Below are positions 8,938 to 18,520 of a stretch of 40,927 nucleotides of DNA, one piece after another. Made by a program: the position numbers and the translations under genes. Source of the stretch: Gammaproteobacteria bacterium (GTDB lineage: Bacteria; Pseudomonadota; Gammaproteobacteria; Pseudomonadales; JAHFSE01); assembly GCA_023265895.1 (NCBI GenBank), contig JAHFSE010000011.1, positions 1 to 40,927 of the forward strand. The letters are read 5' to 3'. Numbering within the stretch: the stretch's first letter is position 1; each line of letters starts with the position of its first letter. The notes under the pieces are model-generated. The model was not told where the DNA came from, ran no database searches, and saw only the letters and a program-made list of their open reading frames with translations.

Positions 8938-9097
8938 TGAGCGAAAAATGGGAGCGTGCTTTCGAAGCGATTTAGACATCATGGATGTGTCTTGATGGGC
9001 CAAGGATGGCCAGCCATCGAGGAGAAAGCACACTCCCGTTTCGCTTCGAAGGACCAATTGGAATATTGATATTTATTGACAGAGCAGAGGACTTTCT

Positions 9098-10684
9098 ATG
9101 AGCGATCATCACGGGCACGATCATCATCACGCTACTGGCATTAAGCGCTGGTTGTTTACTACTAACCATAAAGACATCGGCACTATGTACTTAGTGTTTA
9201 GCTTAGTGATGTTTTTAACCGGTGGTTTAATGGCCATGGCCATTCGCGCTGAATTAATGTATCCCGGATTACAATTACTGGATCCTAATTTCTTCAATCA
9301 GATGACCACCATACACGGTCTCATTATGGTGTTCGGTGCAGTCATGCCCGCCTTCGTGGGCTTAGCCAACTGGATGATCCCGCTGATGATTGGTGCACCT
9401 GACATGGCATTACCGCGATTAAATAACTGGAGCTTCTGGATATTGCCTTTTGCTTTTTCACTGCTCATTTATGCTCTAATCCAGTCTATGTTAGGTCACG
9501 GTAGTGCACCCAATTTCGGTTGGACTTTTTACGCACCCCTGTCAACGAAATATGGCCCACCCAGCACAGATTTTTTTATTTTCTCCGTTCACATGATGGG
9601 TATTTCTTCCATCATGGGTGCAATTAATATCATCGTGACGATTTTTAATTTACGCGCGCCCGGCATGACCATGATGAAATTGCCTTTATTTGTTTGGACT
9701 TGGTTAATTACGCCCTATTTATTAATTGCCGGGATGCCAGTATTAGCGGGAACTGTGACCATGATGTTGATGGATCGTCATTTCGGTACCAGCTTCTTTG
9801 ACGCAGCAGGCGGCGGTGACCCCGTATTATTCCAACATGTATTCTGGTTCTTTGGTCATCCCGAAGTATATATTATGATTTTACCTTCCTTCGGTATTGT
9901 CTCCGCAATCATTCCTACCTTTGCTCGCAAACCGCTGTTTGGTTACGCCTCGATGGTTTATGCAACCGCATCCATTGCATTCCTGTCCTTTGTGGTTTGG
10001 GCGCATCATATGTTCACTACCGGCCTGCCTTTAGCCGGCAGTTTATTCTTCATGTATATGACCATGTTGATTGCGGTGCCAACGGGCGTCAAAGTATTTA
10101 ACTGGGTTGCAACACTGTGGCGCGGCTCCATCACCTTCGAAGTGCCTATGTTGTTTTCCTTAGCTTTCGTTGTACTGTTCACCATTGGCGGCCTATCAGG
10201 TTTGATGTTAGCGATCGCACCAGCCGATCAACAATATCAGGATACCTATTTTGTGGTTGCCCACTTCCATTATGTGTTAGTGACCGGCGCTATTTTTGGT
10301 ATTTTCGCTGGCGTTTATTATTGGATTCCTAAATGGACTGGCGTGATGTTTAACGAAGCCATTGCCAAGGCCCATTTCTGGTGTTCTTTAGTAACGGTTA
10401 ATTTACTGTTTTTCCCTATGCACTTTGTCGGTTTAGCTGGCATGCCCCGTCGTATTCCTGACTACTCTACTCAATTTGCAGATTTTAATTTCTGGATTAG
10501 CATTGGCGGTTTTGGTTTTGGTTTAAGCCAATTATTATTTGTTTGGATGCTGTGGAAAGCTTGCCAACAACGTCAAGGTATCAAAGCGTCTAATCAAGTG
10601 TGGGAAGGTGCGGAAGGACTCGAGTGGACACTCCCCTCACCCACGCCTTATCACACCTTTGAAACACCGCCGCTGATTAAATAA
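9098..10684 (+). CDS. ctaD: cytochrome c oxidase subunit I
   Basis: WLFTTNHKDIGTMY, WFFGHPEVYI, WAHHMFTTG and VAHFHYVL motifs. SD GAGG lies 7 nt upstream of ATG 9098. Confidence 0.97.
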   Translation: MSDHHGHDHHHATGIKRWLFTTNHKDIGTMYLVFSLVMFLTGGLMAMAIRAELMYPGLQLLDPNFFNQMTTIHGLIMVFGAVMPAFVGLANWMIPLMIGAPDMALPRLNNWSFWILPFAFSLLIYALIQSMLGHGSAPNFGWTFYAPLSTKYGPPSTDFFIFSVHMMGISSIMGAINIIVTIFNLRAPGMTMMKLPLFVWTWLITPYLLIAGMPVLAGTVTMMLMDRHFGTSFFDAAGGGDPVLFQHVFWFFGHPEVYIMILPSFGIVSAIIPTFARKPLFGYASMVYATASIAFLSFVVWAHHMFTTGLPLAGSLFFMYMTMLIAVPTGVKVFNWVATLWRGSITFEVPMLFSLAFVVLFTIGGLSGLMLAIAPADQQYQDTYFVVAHFHYVLVTGAIFGIFAGVYYWIPKWTGVMFNEAIAKAHFWCSLVTVNLLFFPMHFVGLAGMPRRIPDYSTQFADFNFWISIGGFGFGLSQLLFVWMLWKACQQRQGIKASNQVWEGAEGLEWTLPSPTPYHTFETPPLIK

Positions 10685-10702
10685 CGGCTCCATAAATTCA
10701 TT

Positions 10703-11272
10703 ATGAACGCAAATACGCCCTCCTCAACCACTCAAAAAACCCACCGTATGGTGCTGAGGTTAGTGGTTATTGTGGTGGGCATGTTTGCTTTTGCTTTATT
10801 TATTATGCCGCCCATGTACGATACTTTTTGCAAAATTACAGGGCTCAATGGCAAGCTGCAACAAACCAAAGGGGTTGCTATACCCAAACCACTGACAACA
10901 AAAGAATCGCAAGCAGCAAAGGTAACCGTGCAATTTCTTACCAACACTGGCAGTGATATGCCTTGGATTTTTAAGCCTGATGTTTTTGAAATGAACATTG
11001 TACCAGGTCAAATCTACCAAACGCATTTTTACGTTAAAAATCCCAGTGACCAACCGATGGTCGGTCGTGCAGTACCCTCCATTAGCCCAGAAATCATGAC
11101 CCACTATTTAAAGAAAATTGAGTGTTTTTGTTTTCAAGAACAGCCCTTAGCACCGGGTGAAGAAAAAGAAATGGGGCTGCGTTTTTATATCGAAAAAAAT
11201 ACACCGAAAGAAATTAAAGAGTTCACTGTGTCCTACATGTTATACAAAGTGAATTCCCCGATTCATCCTTAA
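10703..11272 (+). CDS. ctaG: cytochrome c oxidase copper-insertion/assembly protein CtaG (Cox11)
   Basis: N-terminal TM anchor plus the CFCFQEQPL copper-binding motif. Located between the subunit I and III genes. Confidence 0.9.
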   Translation: MNANTPSSTTQKTHRMVLRLVVIVVGMFAFALFIMPPMYDTFCKITGLNGKLQQTKGVAIPKPLTTKESQAAKVTVQFLTNTGSDMPWIFKPDVFEMNIVPGQIYQTHFYVKNPSDQPMVGRAVPSISPEIMTHYLKKIECFCFQEQPLAPGEEKEMGLRFYIEKNTPKEIKEFTVSYMLYKVNSPIHP

Positions 11273-11297
11273 CCTTCCACACGGGAGACTACTCGAT

Positions 11298-12188
11298 ATG
11301 TCCACAAAAACCACTCACTACTATGTCCCGGCTCAGAGTATTTGGCCAGCAGTGGCGTCCATATCACTGTTTACGTTAGCCATTGGCGCGACGAATTTCA
11401 TCCAACAATCCGATGCCGCCGTATCCGGCAATACCGGCACACACGGTTGGTTGGTTTTTCTTGCGGGTTTGTTGGGTATTTTAGCCGTGATGTTTTTTTG
11501 GTTTGGCCAAACCATAAAAGAAAGCATGGCTGGCATGAACAGTCGCCAAATGGATATTTCTTATCGCATGGGCATGATGTGGTTTATTTTCTCTGAAGTG
11601 ATGTTTTTCGCCGCATTTTTTGGCACTTTATTTTATGCCCGTTGGTTATCCGTGCCTTGGTTAGCCGGTGAAGGGAAAGGCGTCATGACACATGAGTTGT
11701 TATGGCCGGACTTCCAAGCTATGTGGCCACTGACGGCAACACCCGATGGCCGCACTGTTGAAGCCATGAGTCCGTTTCCTTTACCCTTACTCAATACTAT
11801 TTTATTAATTACTTCAGGCCTATTTCTCACCGTTGCTCATCACGCATTAAAAGCTAACAATCGCCCTAAACTGATTATGAATTTATTCATTACGGTTGTG
11901 TTAGGTTTTACCTTCTTAGGTGTACAAGCCTATGAGTATCACCATGCTTACACCGAGATGGGTTTAACGCTGCATGCGGGCATGTACGGTACCACTTTCT
12001 TCATGCTGACGGGTTTTCATGGTTTGCATGTCACCATCGGTGCAATCATGCTCACGGTCATGTTAATTCGTTCGATGAAAGGTCACTTTCAACCCGATGA
12101 ACATTTTGCCTTTGAAGCAGCGGCGTGGTATTGGCATTTTGTCGATGTAGTGTGGATCTTTTTATTCTTTGTGGTCTATTGGTTATAA
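11298..12188 (+). CDS. ctaE: cytochrome c oxidase subunit III
   Basis: FFMLTGFHGLHVTIG and AAWYWHFVDVVW motifs; 7-TM hydrophobic profile. Confidence 0.95.
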   Translation: MSTKTTHYYVPAQSIWPAVASISLFTLAIGATNFIQQSDAAVSGNTGTHGWLVFLAGLLGILAVMFFWFGQTIKESMAGMNSRQMDISYRMGMMWFIFSEVMFFAAFFGTLFYARWLSVPWLAGEGKGVMTHELLWPDFQAMWPLTATPDGRTVEAMSPFPLPLLNTILLITSGLFLTVAHHALKANNRPKLIMNLFITVVLGFTFLGVQAYEYHHAYTEMGLTLHAGMYGTTFFMLTGFHGLHVTIGAIMLTVMLIRSMKGHFQPDEHFAFEAAAWYWHFVDVVWIFLFFVVYWL

Positions 12189-12236
12189 CCCTGATGAACA
12201 GCGCAATAGCAAAAAACTATTGCGCTGACTGTTTGT

Positions 12237-13580
12237 CTAAAATATCGGTAAATGATAGAGCTCTAACTCACCCGCAGCCTCCTCTTCTGCTTCTAGCTGA
12301 ACCCATCTCTCGTAATCCGCCTGTTGATCTTTGTCTGTGTCCAACATTGTTGCAATGACGCGCACGGAATGATTCAGCTTCTCCCGTGCCTCTGGCAACC
12401 AACCCGCAAATACGTCCATTGCATGAAAGCCTTCGGCTTGATGATGACCGTTAGGAATGCTGGCTGCTTCTAGTTTCTTTAATAATATTTCCGTACCCAC
12501 TCCCAAGATTTCATTCTTGCAATCAGAAACAAAGACCGGTGGAAAATATTTTCTTTGTTGAAAGGGAATATAAATGGGCGAAATCGCAGGGTGCTCAAGG
12601 GCTGCTTGAATTCGATCGTTTACCGAGGATTCCCTTTTCAAATGAGGCAATACTGAACTGGACGAAACATGACGGCTTAAGTTCTTACCCACTTTCTCCA
12701 TCACTTCAGGTTTCGGCAACATGGGATCGGATGGTGCAGTAGCATATTTGGCATCACTAAAATCAAAATCCACTGCTGGCGAAATAAGTACCACTGAATT
12801 GCAGGCTAATGCACTCTTCTGTTGAATCCAATCCGCCAGAGTCAGCGCCAAATGCCCACCGGCAGAATCACCTGACACGATAATATTTTCCGGCAGGAAA
12901 CCCTCTGCCAACAGATTTTTATATACCGTAATTGCGTCATTAATGGTTGCAGGATAGGGATGCTCCGGTAATTTACGATAATCCACTACACAGACTGGAC
13001 AGTGGGCACCTTCGGCAACACCCCCCGTGACTGCACCGTGGGTTTTAGGGCCGCCAATATGATAACCGCCACCGGGGAAATACAGCACAATTTTGCGATC
13101 TTTGTTTGCTCTCTCGTGATTATAATACTTAGGATAAACCCATTCTCCCTTCACCGGCGGCAGAATTGTGAGGTCCTGCTCTTCTGGCAACACGTATGGA
13201 ATTGCACCGCCCGCTAGCGGTTTATACTCGAAGGGCTGAGAAATTACCCCACTGGGTTTGGGCACAGTGTAAGGTGCGCAAACATTCATGATTGCGCGGA
13301 CACTACGCATATAAAGATTAGGCTGTGTTGAATCAGGCTTCATGCTGTGGGCAAAAAGTTTTACAACAGGATAAAACACTGAAGCGATTTTCCCCAACCA
13401 ACTGGCGGGTGTAAAAGCACCTCGCATGTCTCGTTTTAGTTGCGTTGCTCTCGCAACTAATTTTATTTTAACCACTTCAATATCAGCTAGGGGCGATGAA
13501 GACTGAGCAGCCTCTGCTACTTCTGCCTGCGAGTGTGCGACTGCACCCTTGATAGGGCTGATGATTTCTTTCGCTGCCAT
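12237..13580 (-). CDS. alpha/beta hydrolase, hormone-sensitive-lipase (family IV) type esterase with ~160-aa N-terminal extension
   Basis: Oxyanion-hole variant YFPGGGY, nucleophile elbow GDSAGGHLA, and a C-terminal His in GFHAMDVF. Confidence 0.8.
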   Translation of the reverse strand: MAAKEIISPIKGAVAHSQAEVAEAAQSSSPLADIEVVKIKLVARATQLKRDMRGAFTPASWLGKIASVFYPVVKLFAHSMKPDSTQPNLYMRSVRAIMNVCAPYTVPKPSGVISQPFEYKPLAGGAIPYVLPEEQDLTILPPVKGEWVYPKYYNHERANKDRKIVLYFPGGGYHIGGPKTHGAVTGGVAEGAHCPVCVVDYRKLPEHPYPATINDAITVYKNLLAEGFLPENIIVSGDSAGGHLALTLADWIQQKSALACNSVVLISPAVDFDFSDAKYATAPSDPMLPKPEVMEKVGKNLSRHVSSSSVLPHLKRESSVNDRIQAALEHPAISPIYIPFQQRKYFPPVFVSDCKNEILGVGTEILLKKLEAASIPNGHHQAEGFHAMDVFAGWLPEAREKLNHSVRVIATMLDTDKDQQADYERWVQLEAEEEAAGELELYHLPIF

Positions 13581-13701
13581 AGAGATGCATACCTCACCGC
13601 ATAGAATAAATTGGACCCACAGATCAACAAATTTAGCCCGGCAAATTATCTAAAGGCTGCCATACTAAAGAGGCCGCCATTTTCAATGAAGAGCCATAAA
13701 T

Positions 13702-14760
13702 ATGCAATTAGGTCACGCCATGAAACCTTCTACAATCACGCTGGATAAATCCTTACTGAAACGCTTTCAACCCTTAGATACGCTATCGGATAATCACCTT
13801 AAAGAAATCTGTTCACATGCCTATTTAGAAACAGCAGCCACAGGAAAAATGCTGTTCAAAAGAAATCAAACCTTAGATACCTATCATTATCTGGTCAGTG
13901 GTGCGGTAGATTTATTAAATGCCAAATATCAAGCCACCCATATTAATGCTACTAGCCTAGAAGCAAGGCAACCTTTGGTAAATAGCAACCCTTCACCGGT
14001 CTCGGCAGTCGCTGCCAGCCCATCTCAATTTTTAGCCATTAATAAAGAATTTTTGGATCTCGTCCTCACCTGGGATCAAGCAGGTAATTATTTAGTCAAA
14101 GAGCTAGGTCAAGAAACCGAAGAAACTCAACAAGATTGGATGTCAGGATTACTCGGATCCACTTTATTTCAAAAAATTCCGCCCACCAATTTGCAGCAAC
14201 TGTTTATCAAATTCAAAGAAATCCCTGCTCATGCTGGACAAACGATTATTCAACAAGGTGATACAGGAGCAAGTTTTTTTGTATTGAAACGCGGCGCAGC
14301 GGAAGTGCGACGAGCAGATGAGCATCAAAAAGTTCAAGTGCTCGCACAACTCTCACCAGGACAATATTTCGGTGAAGAGGCGCTGATTGGTAGCACCGTG
14401 AGAAATGCCAGCGTAGTGATGACGCAACCCGGCACACTCATGGAATTAGGCAAAGAAGATTTTAAAAAATTACTCGAAGAACCGGTAGTTCAGTATATCA
14501 GCTATCAAGATTTAGAAAGCTTACGTCATCAATCGCAAGCAGTGACACTGGTAGATGTGCGACTTCCAGTAGAAATTCCGCCGGAAGAACAAGTCGATCG
14601 TTTAGTGATTCCTTTAGCAGAACTACGCGCCCGCTTAGCCACATTGGATCCACAAGGTTATTATGTCCTGTGTCCAGATGGCGGTCATAGAGCAATCATT
14701 GGCAGTTACTTATTAAATGAAGCCGGCTTCAAAGCCGTTAATTTACAAGCACCTCAGTAA
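13702..14760 (+). CDS. two cyclic-nucleotide-binding domains fused to a C-terminal rhodanese domain
   Basis: cNMP-binding signature FGEEALIGSTVRNASVVM in the second domain, with a weaker first copy. Rhodanese part VTLVDVRLPVE...VLCPDGGHRA has the active-site Cys at 14671-14673. Alternative start at ATG 13720. Confidence 0.7.
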   Translation: MQLGHAMKPSTITLDKSLLKRFQPLDTLSDNHLKEICSHAYLETAATGKMLFKRNQTLDTYHYLVSGAVDLLNAKYQATHINATSLEARQPLVNSNPSPVSAVAASPSQFLAINKEFLDLVLTWDQAGNYLVKELGQETEETQQDWMSGLLGSTLFQKIPPTNLQQLFIKFKEIPAHAGQTIIQQGDTGASFFVLKRGAAEVRRADEHQKVQVLAQLSPGQYFGEEALIGSTVRNASVVMTQPGTLMELGKEDFKKLLEEPVVQYISYQDLESLRHQSQAVTLVDVRLPVEIPPEEQVDRLVIPLAELRARLATLDPQGYYVLCPDGGHRAIIGSYLLNEAGFKAVNLQAPQ

Positions 14761-14835
14761 TGTGCCTTGCGAGACTCAGATCAATGAGTGTTAGAATGCT
14801 TAAACTCCATTCCTAACACTGAGCTCATTCATGCC

Positions 14836-17637
14836 ATGACCCCCTCTCATTGTCTCAAATGGATTCATCAAGCAGTCATTTTATGCTTGTTATCGCTCAG
14901 CTGTAGTAGTTTTAGTTGGGCTATTGCACCTTGGATTATCAATGGCAATGCAATACAACAAAGCTTAGGCAGTCATACAGAATATTTAGAAGATGCTCAA
15001 CGCACCCTGTCCATCCAGGATGTGATATCTCCAACTTACACCTACCAGTTCACCCCCTCTCGTCGCGATCGATTTTTATTAGGCTTTACTCAATCTAATT
15101 TTTGGTTGCGTTTTTCACTGAGCAATTCACAACCCACCACCCAACGTTTATTTCTCACGCTCGATCAGGCCAATCTTAAGGAGGTAGCGCTCTATGAAAT
15201 TAACCAACAAGATGCCATTCCTATTACTGCTTTAGATAAGACAAAATCCAATCATGTTGGACAACCTCAATTAGCCTTGCTCACAGACAGTTTTGAACTC
15301 ACTTTAGCGCCGCAACAAACAAAAACTTTTTATTTAAAATTACACTCTGATCACTACATTACTCAGACTTTAACCCTGACCTCACTGGATCGTTTTATTT
15401 ATCACACCAATCTTACCTATTTGTTGATGGGGTTATGTTTTGGATTATTGCTTGCGCTCACACTGTACCATCTCTATTTATTTATTATTGAACACACCCT
15501 GATTTTTTTATACTACGTATTGTTTACTAGCTGTGCTCTGGGGTTTTTTATTGTTCATTACGGATTTCTAAAATTTTTTCTATCCACATCCACCCTCGCT
15601 TTACACTCAATAGAATCCTTATTCAGCTATTTTAGTTTGCTAACCAATCTATTACTGGTCCGCAGCTTCTTAAATATCCCAGCACGCCACCCACGCTTAA
15701 ACTTCTGGTTTAACTGTTTGATTTTCTGTCTTCTAAGTCTGACTGTTGCAATAACTTGGATGACGCCCAGTGCCATCTTAAAAACCATTACACTCTTGTT
15801 ATTGACCAGTACGCTCACTTGGTCAATAGCCGGTATGACTGCACCTGCTAAAAGCACGCCCGGTATTTATTATTACCTCATTGCAAAAACAGGTTATCTC
15901 ATTTTAGCAGTACTCACTTTGCTAGCGCTGACAGGTCAATTGCCGCTGACCCTTTCCATCAGTCATCTCTATCTTGGCATTACTTTATTAGAAGCGATAT
16001 TACTTGCCTTTGGTCTTCACCAAATTACCCTTCATCGCAAACAATATCATGATCACCTTCAGCAACAACGTATTATTGCTGAAGTTGAAACGCGCGCCAA
16101 AACTGATTTTGCCACTCAAATGAATCACGAAATCCGTGCGCCTATGAGTGGCATTTTAGGCATGGCAGAAATCCTAACCAACTCCTCACTTTCATTTCAA
16201 CAAAAAGACTTTGTTAAAACTATTCAAGCCTCTGGCCAACATTTATTAAAAATTCTCGATGACATTTTAGATTTTGCTAAAATAGAATCGGGCACCATGG
16301 AATTAGAATTTAAACCCTTTGATTTAAGCGAACTCATCGCGGAATCTTTAGAATCTTTTCAAGCGCAGGCCAGAGAAAAAAAATTAGAATTAATCAGCCA
16401 CATCAGCGACGAAGTACCAAGCTATGTCTTAGGGGATGCCCTTCGATTAAAACAAATTTTAACCAGCTTAATGGATCATGCCGTACGCTTTACCAATCGC
16501 GGTGAAGTCATGCTCGCTGTAGATAGAATTTCAGAACCTAACCATATTCGATTTATTATTACCGATACCAGTACAGGCATTCCCAAGCATTACGCAGAAC
16601 GACTACTCGCTGATTTTAATTCAGAACCATTGCGTCTACATGCCCGATATGGTTATACCGGATTAAGCCTCACCGTCACTAAACATCTCATTCGCATGAT
16701 GCAAGGTGAAATTCACGCACAAACTCGAGCCGGTAAAGGCAGTCGATTTTGGTTTACTATTCCACTTCCTAAACAAGATTCCATTGAAGAAACACCCACG
16801 CCACTTTTACGCGGACTAGAAGGTTTAAAAATTCTGATTGCTGATGATAATGCATCCTGCCGTAGCGTATTTGAACAACAAGTGGCGCACTGGGGCATGA
16901 AACCCACCACCGCAATCAACGGCACCCAAGCCTTAGCGATACTACGCACACAAGCTAATTTAAATGAACCCTTTGATGTAGTGCTGTTAGATCAAGATAT
17001 GCCAGGACTTTCTGGTTTAGAGTTAGCGCGAAAAATTAAACAGGATGGATTACTCACCCATACCATGTTTATTTTTGTGCTCACTGGTACCGGACTATTG
17101 GCAAATCTACAAGAAACAAAAGATGCGGGCATCCAAGGTATTTTAGCAAAACCACTTTCGGGAAAACGATTAAAATTAGCCCTTGCTGAAGCACTTGGAT
17201 TACTGCAAACAATCCCTCACCAAAATCTCGCCATAGCAGAAGTGCCCATCAAAAAATCACCCCATATATTAGTTGCAGAACATCATCCTCTCACCGCAAA
17301 AGTAATAGCAGGGATGCTCTCACATTTAGACACTATTGCGCATATCGTTGATACGGGAGAAAAAGCATTTACAGCGCTAGGTTCACAAACCTATGACCTT
17401 ATTTTATTAGACAGTGACATGCCCATTATGAATGGCATTCAAACAGCACAACTCATTAGACAGCGTGAATTAGAAATGCAAAAACCACCCATTCCTATCA
17501 TACTGTTAGCTACACGTATTGAAGCGCAATTATCTAAAGCAGAACTGCAGCAGATGAATATTCATGAGGTATTAATTAAACCGATAGAGCTACATAAATT
17601 AAGTTTCATCATCAATCAATATCGTGGAACTAACTGA
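14836..17637 (+). CDS. 7TMR-DISM hybrid sensor histidine kinase with two receiver domains
   Basis: Track ORF starts at GTG 14788; the first in-frame ATG is 14836. 7TMR-DISMED2-like periplasmic part (LSIQDV...FWLRFSL...VALYE) and 7 TM helices. H-box HEIRAPMSGILGMAE (His codon 16126-16128), then a HATPase region. REC1 is ILIADDN...LLDQDMPG...AKP; REC2 is ILVAEHH...LLDSDMP...IKP. Confidence 0.85.
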   Translation: MTPSHCLKWIHQAVILCLLSLSCSSFSWAIAPWIINGNAIQQSLGSHTEYLEDAQRTLSIQDVISPTYTYQFTPSRRDRFLLGFTQSNFWLRFSLSNSQPTTQRLFLTLDQANLKEVALYEINQQDAIPITALDKTKSNHVGQPQLALLTDSFELTLAPQQTKTFYLKLHSDHYITQTLTLTSLDRFIYHTNLTYLLMGLCFGLLLALTLYHLYLFIIEHTLIFLYYVLFTSCALGFFIVHYGFLKFFLSTSTLALHSIESLFSYFSLLTNLLLVRSFLNIPARHPRLNFWFNCLIFCLLSLTVAITWMTPSAILKTITLLLLTSTLTWSIAGMTAPAKSTPGIYYYLIAKTGYLILAVLTLLALTGQLPLTLSISHLYLGITLLEAILLAFGLHQITLHRKQYHDHLQQQRIIAEVETRAKTDFATQMNHEIRAPMSGILGMAEILTNSSLSFQQKDFVKTIQASGQHLLKILDDILDFAKIESGTMELEFKPFDLSELIAESLESFQAQAREKKLELISHISDEVPSYVLGDALRLKQILTSLMDHAVRFTNRGEVMLAVDRISEPNHIRFIITDTSTGIPKHYAERLLADFNSEPLRLHARYGYTGLSLTVTKHLIRMMQGEIHAQTRAGKGSRFWFTIPLPKQDSIEETPTPLLRGLEGLKILIADDNASCRSVFEQQVAHWGMKPTTAINGTQALAILRTQANLNEPFDVVLLDQDMPGLSGLELARKIKQDGLLTHTMFIFVLTGTGLLANLQETKDAGIQGILAKPLSGKRLKLALAEALGLLQTIPHQNLAIAEVPIKKSPHILVAEHHPLTAKVIAGMLSHLDTIAHIVDTGEKAFTALGSQTYDLILLDSDMPIMNGIQTAQLIRQRELEMQKPPIPIILLATRIEAQLSKAELQQMNIHEVLIKPIELHKLSFIINQYRGTN

Positions 17638-17786
17638 TCATTTATTGATACCTTTTGACATGAATTCAAAATTGAATAACCATTTATTTCATTGAAGGGT
17701 GCATAAAAATAAACTACCCTACTTCGGCTGTATCCAGTACAGCGTAGATATCCAACTATAAATTTTTTTATTTAAGGGAGAGAAGA

Positions 17787-18086
17787 ATGCGAAATAAAAC
17801 TATAGCTGTTGGATTAGCAGCACTACTCAGCATAAGTGGCTGCTCAACCGTGACCATCCATCCTACAACCAGTAATAATAAATTAGTTACATCACCTTCA
17901 TTTGAAAAATCTGAGGATTTTTTCTTTTGGGGGTTAAAGGGCGAGCATAGAATAGATGTGCAAGAAGTATGTAAAAATAAAATCGTAAAACAAATGCAAT
18001 CACAGCAAACTTTTACGGATGGCCTTGAAACAGTCATTACTTTAGGCATTTATGCACCACACTCAGTAAAAATCTGGTGTGAATAA
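17787..18086 (+). CDS. Bor/Iss-family lipoprotein
   Basis: Lipobox LLSISGC. The C-terminal QQTFTDGLETVITLGIYAPHSVKIWCE closely parallels the phage lambda Bor ending (QQTFVNGLLGFITLGIYTPLEARVYC). Confidence 0.8.
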   Translation: MRNKTIAVGLAALLSISGCSTVTIHPTTSNNKLVTSPSFEKSEDFFFWGLKGEHRIDVQEVCKNKIVKQMQSQQTFTDGLETVITLGIYAPHSVKIWCE

Positions 18087-18114
18087 CAACCCTTTTCACT
18101 TAAGGAATATGACG

Positions 18115-18432
18115 ATGAAAAAAAGCTTTTTACTATTAAGCATGCTTTCAATCTCTGGATGTACAACCATTCACTTTGATAACGGTCCTCAGAATCCAAC
18201 TGACAAAACAATGAGTATTGAGCAATGGCATCACAATTTTGCCGGCGGCATATACGAAGGAAGCAAACCTGTAAATCTTGAAAAGTCGTGTGAAGGAAAA
18301 ACCTGGAATTCAGTGCAAACACAACTATCAGTGATGAATAATATTGCAAGCGGTTTGGTCAATGTGGTTGGGCCAATTTGGTACCCCAAAACAGTTACGA
18401 TTGCTTGTAAAAACATAACTGAAAAAAAATAA
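18115..18432 (+). CDS. second, diverged Bor-like lipoprotein
   Basis: Track ORF starts at 18079. SD AAGGA 18102-18106 favours ATG 18115 (alternative 18109). Lipobox LSISGC. Same layout as the first copy (HHNF..G...V....C.G..W..V.TQ...N....G.....PK.V.I.C), including the conserved Cys pair. Confidence 0.6.
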   Translation: MKKSFLLLSMLSISGCTTIHFDNGPQNPTDKTMSIEQWHHNFAGGIYEGSKPVNLEKSCEGKTWNSVQTQLSVMNNIASGLVNVVGPIWYPKTVTIACKNITEKK

Positions 18433-18450
18433 TCCAAAATACCAGCCGTC

Positions 18451-18478
18451 TGGGGCGGACTACTTACAGTCTACCCCA
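18451..18478. terminator. possible bidirectional hairpin between the convergent Bor-like and recJ genes
   Basis: TGGGGCGGACT (18451-18461) and AGTCTACCCCA (18468-18478) are complementary at 9 of 11 positions plus one G-U. No clear U tract, so this is weak. Confidence 0.25.
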
Positions 18479-18520
18479 AGGTTCAATCGTGATTATCGGC
18501 TAACCGAATAAATGCCGAAA

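Noticed and set aside
9098-9133. His-rich N-terminus of CoxA (MSDHHGHDHHHA) as a novel metal-capture tail
   Set aside because: As far as I recall, similar His-rich N-termini occur in subunit I of other proteobacterial aa3 oxidases, so it is not distinctive.
8972-9169. 65-aa minus-strand ORF spanning the coxB-coxA spacer and the coxA start
   Set aside because: It overlaps the well-supported coxA N-terminus and has no SD. The region is better explained as structured spacer RNA.
14671-14691. Rhodanese loop CPDGGHR read as a Cdc25/arsenate-reductase-type CX5R phosphatase loop
   Set aside because: Aligned to GlpE-type single-domain rhodaneses (CYHGNSS), it is an ordinary six-residue sulfurtransferase-type loop followed by Arg.
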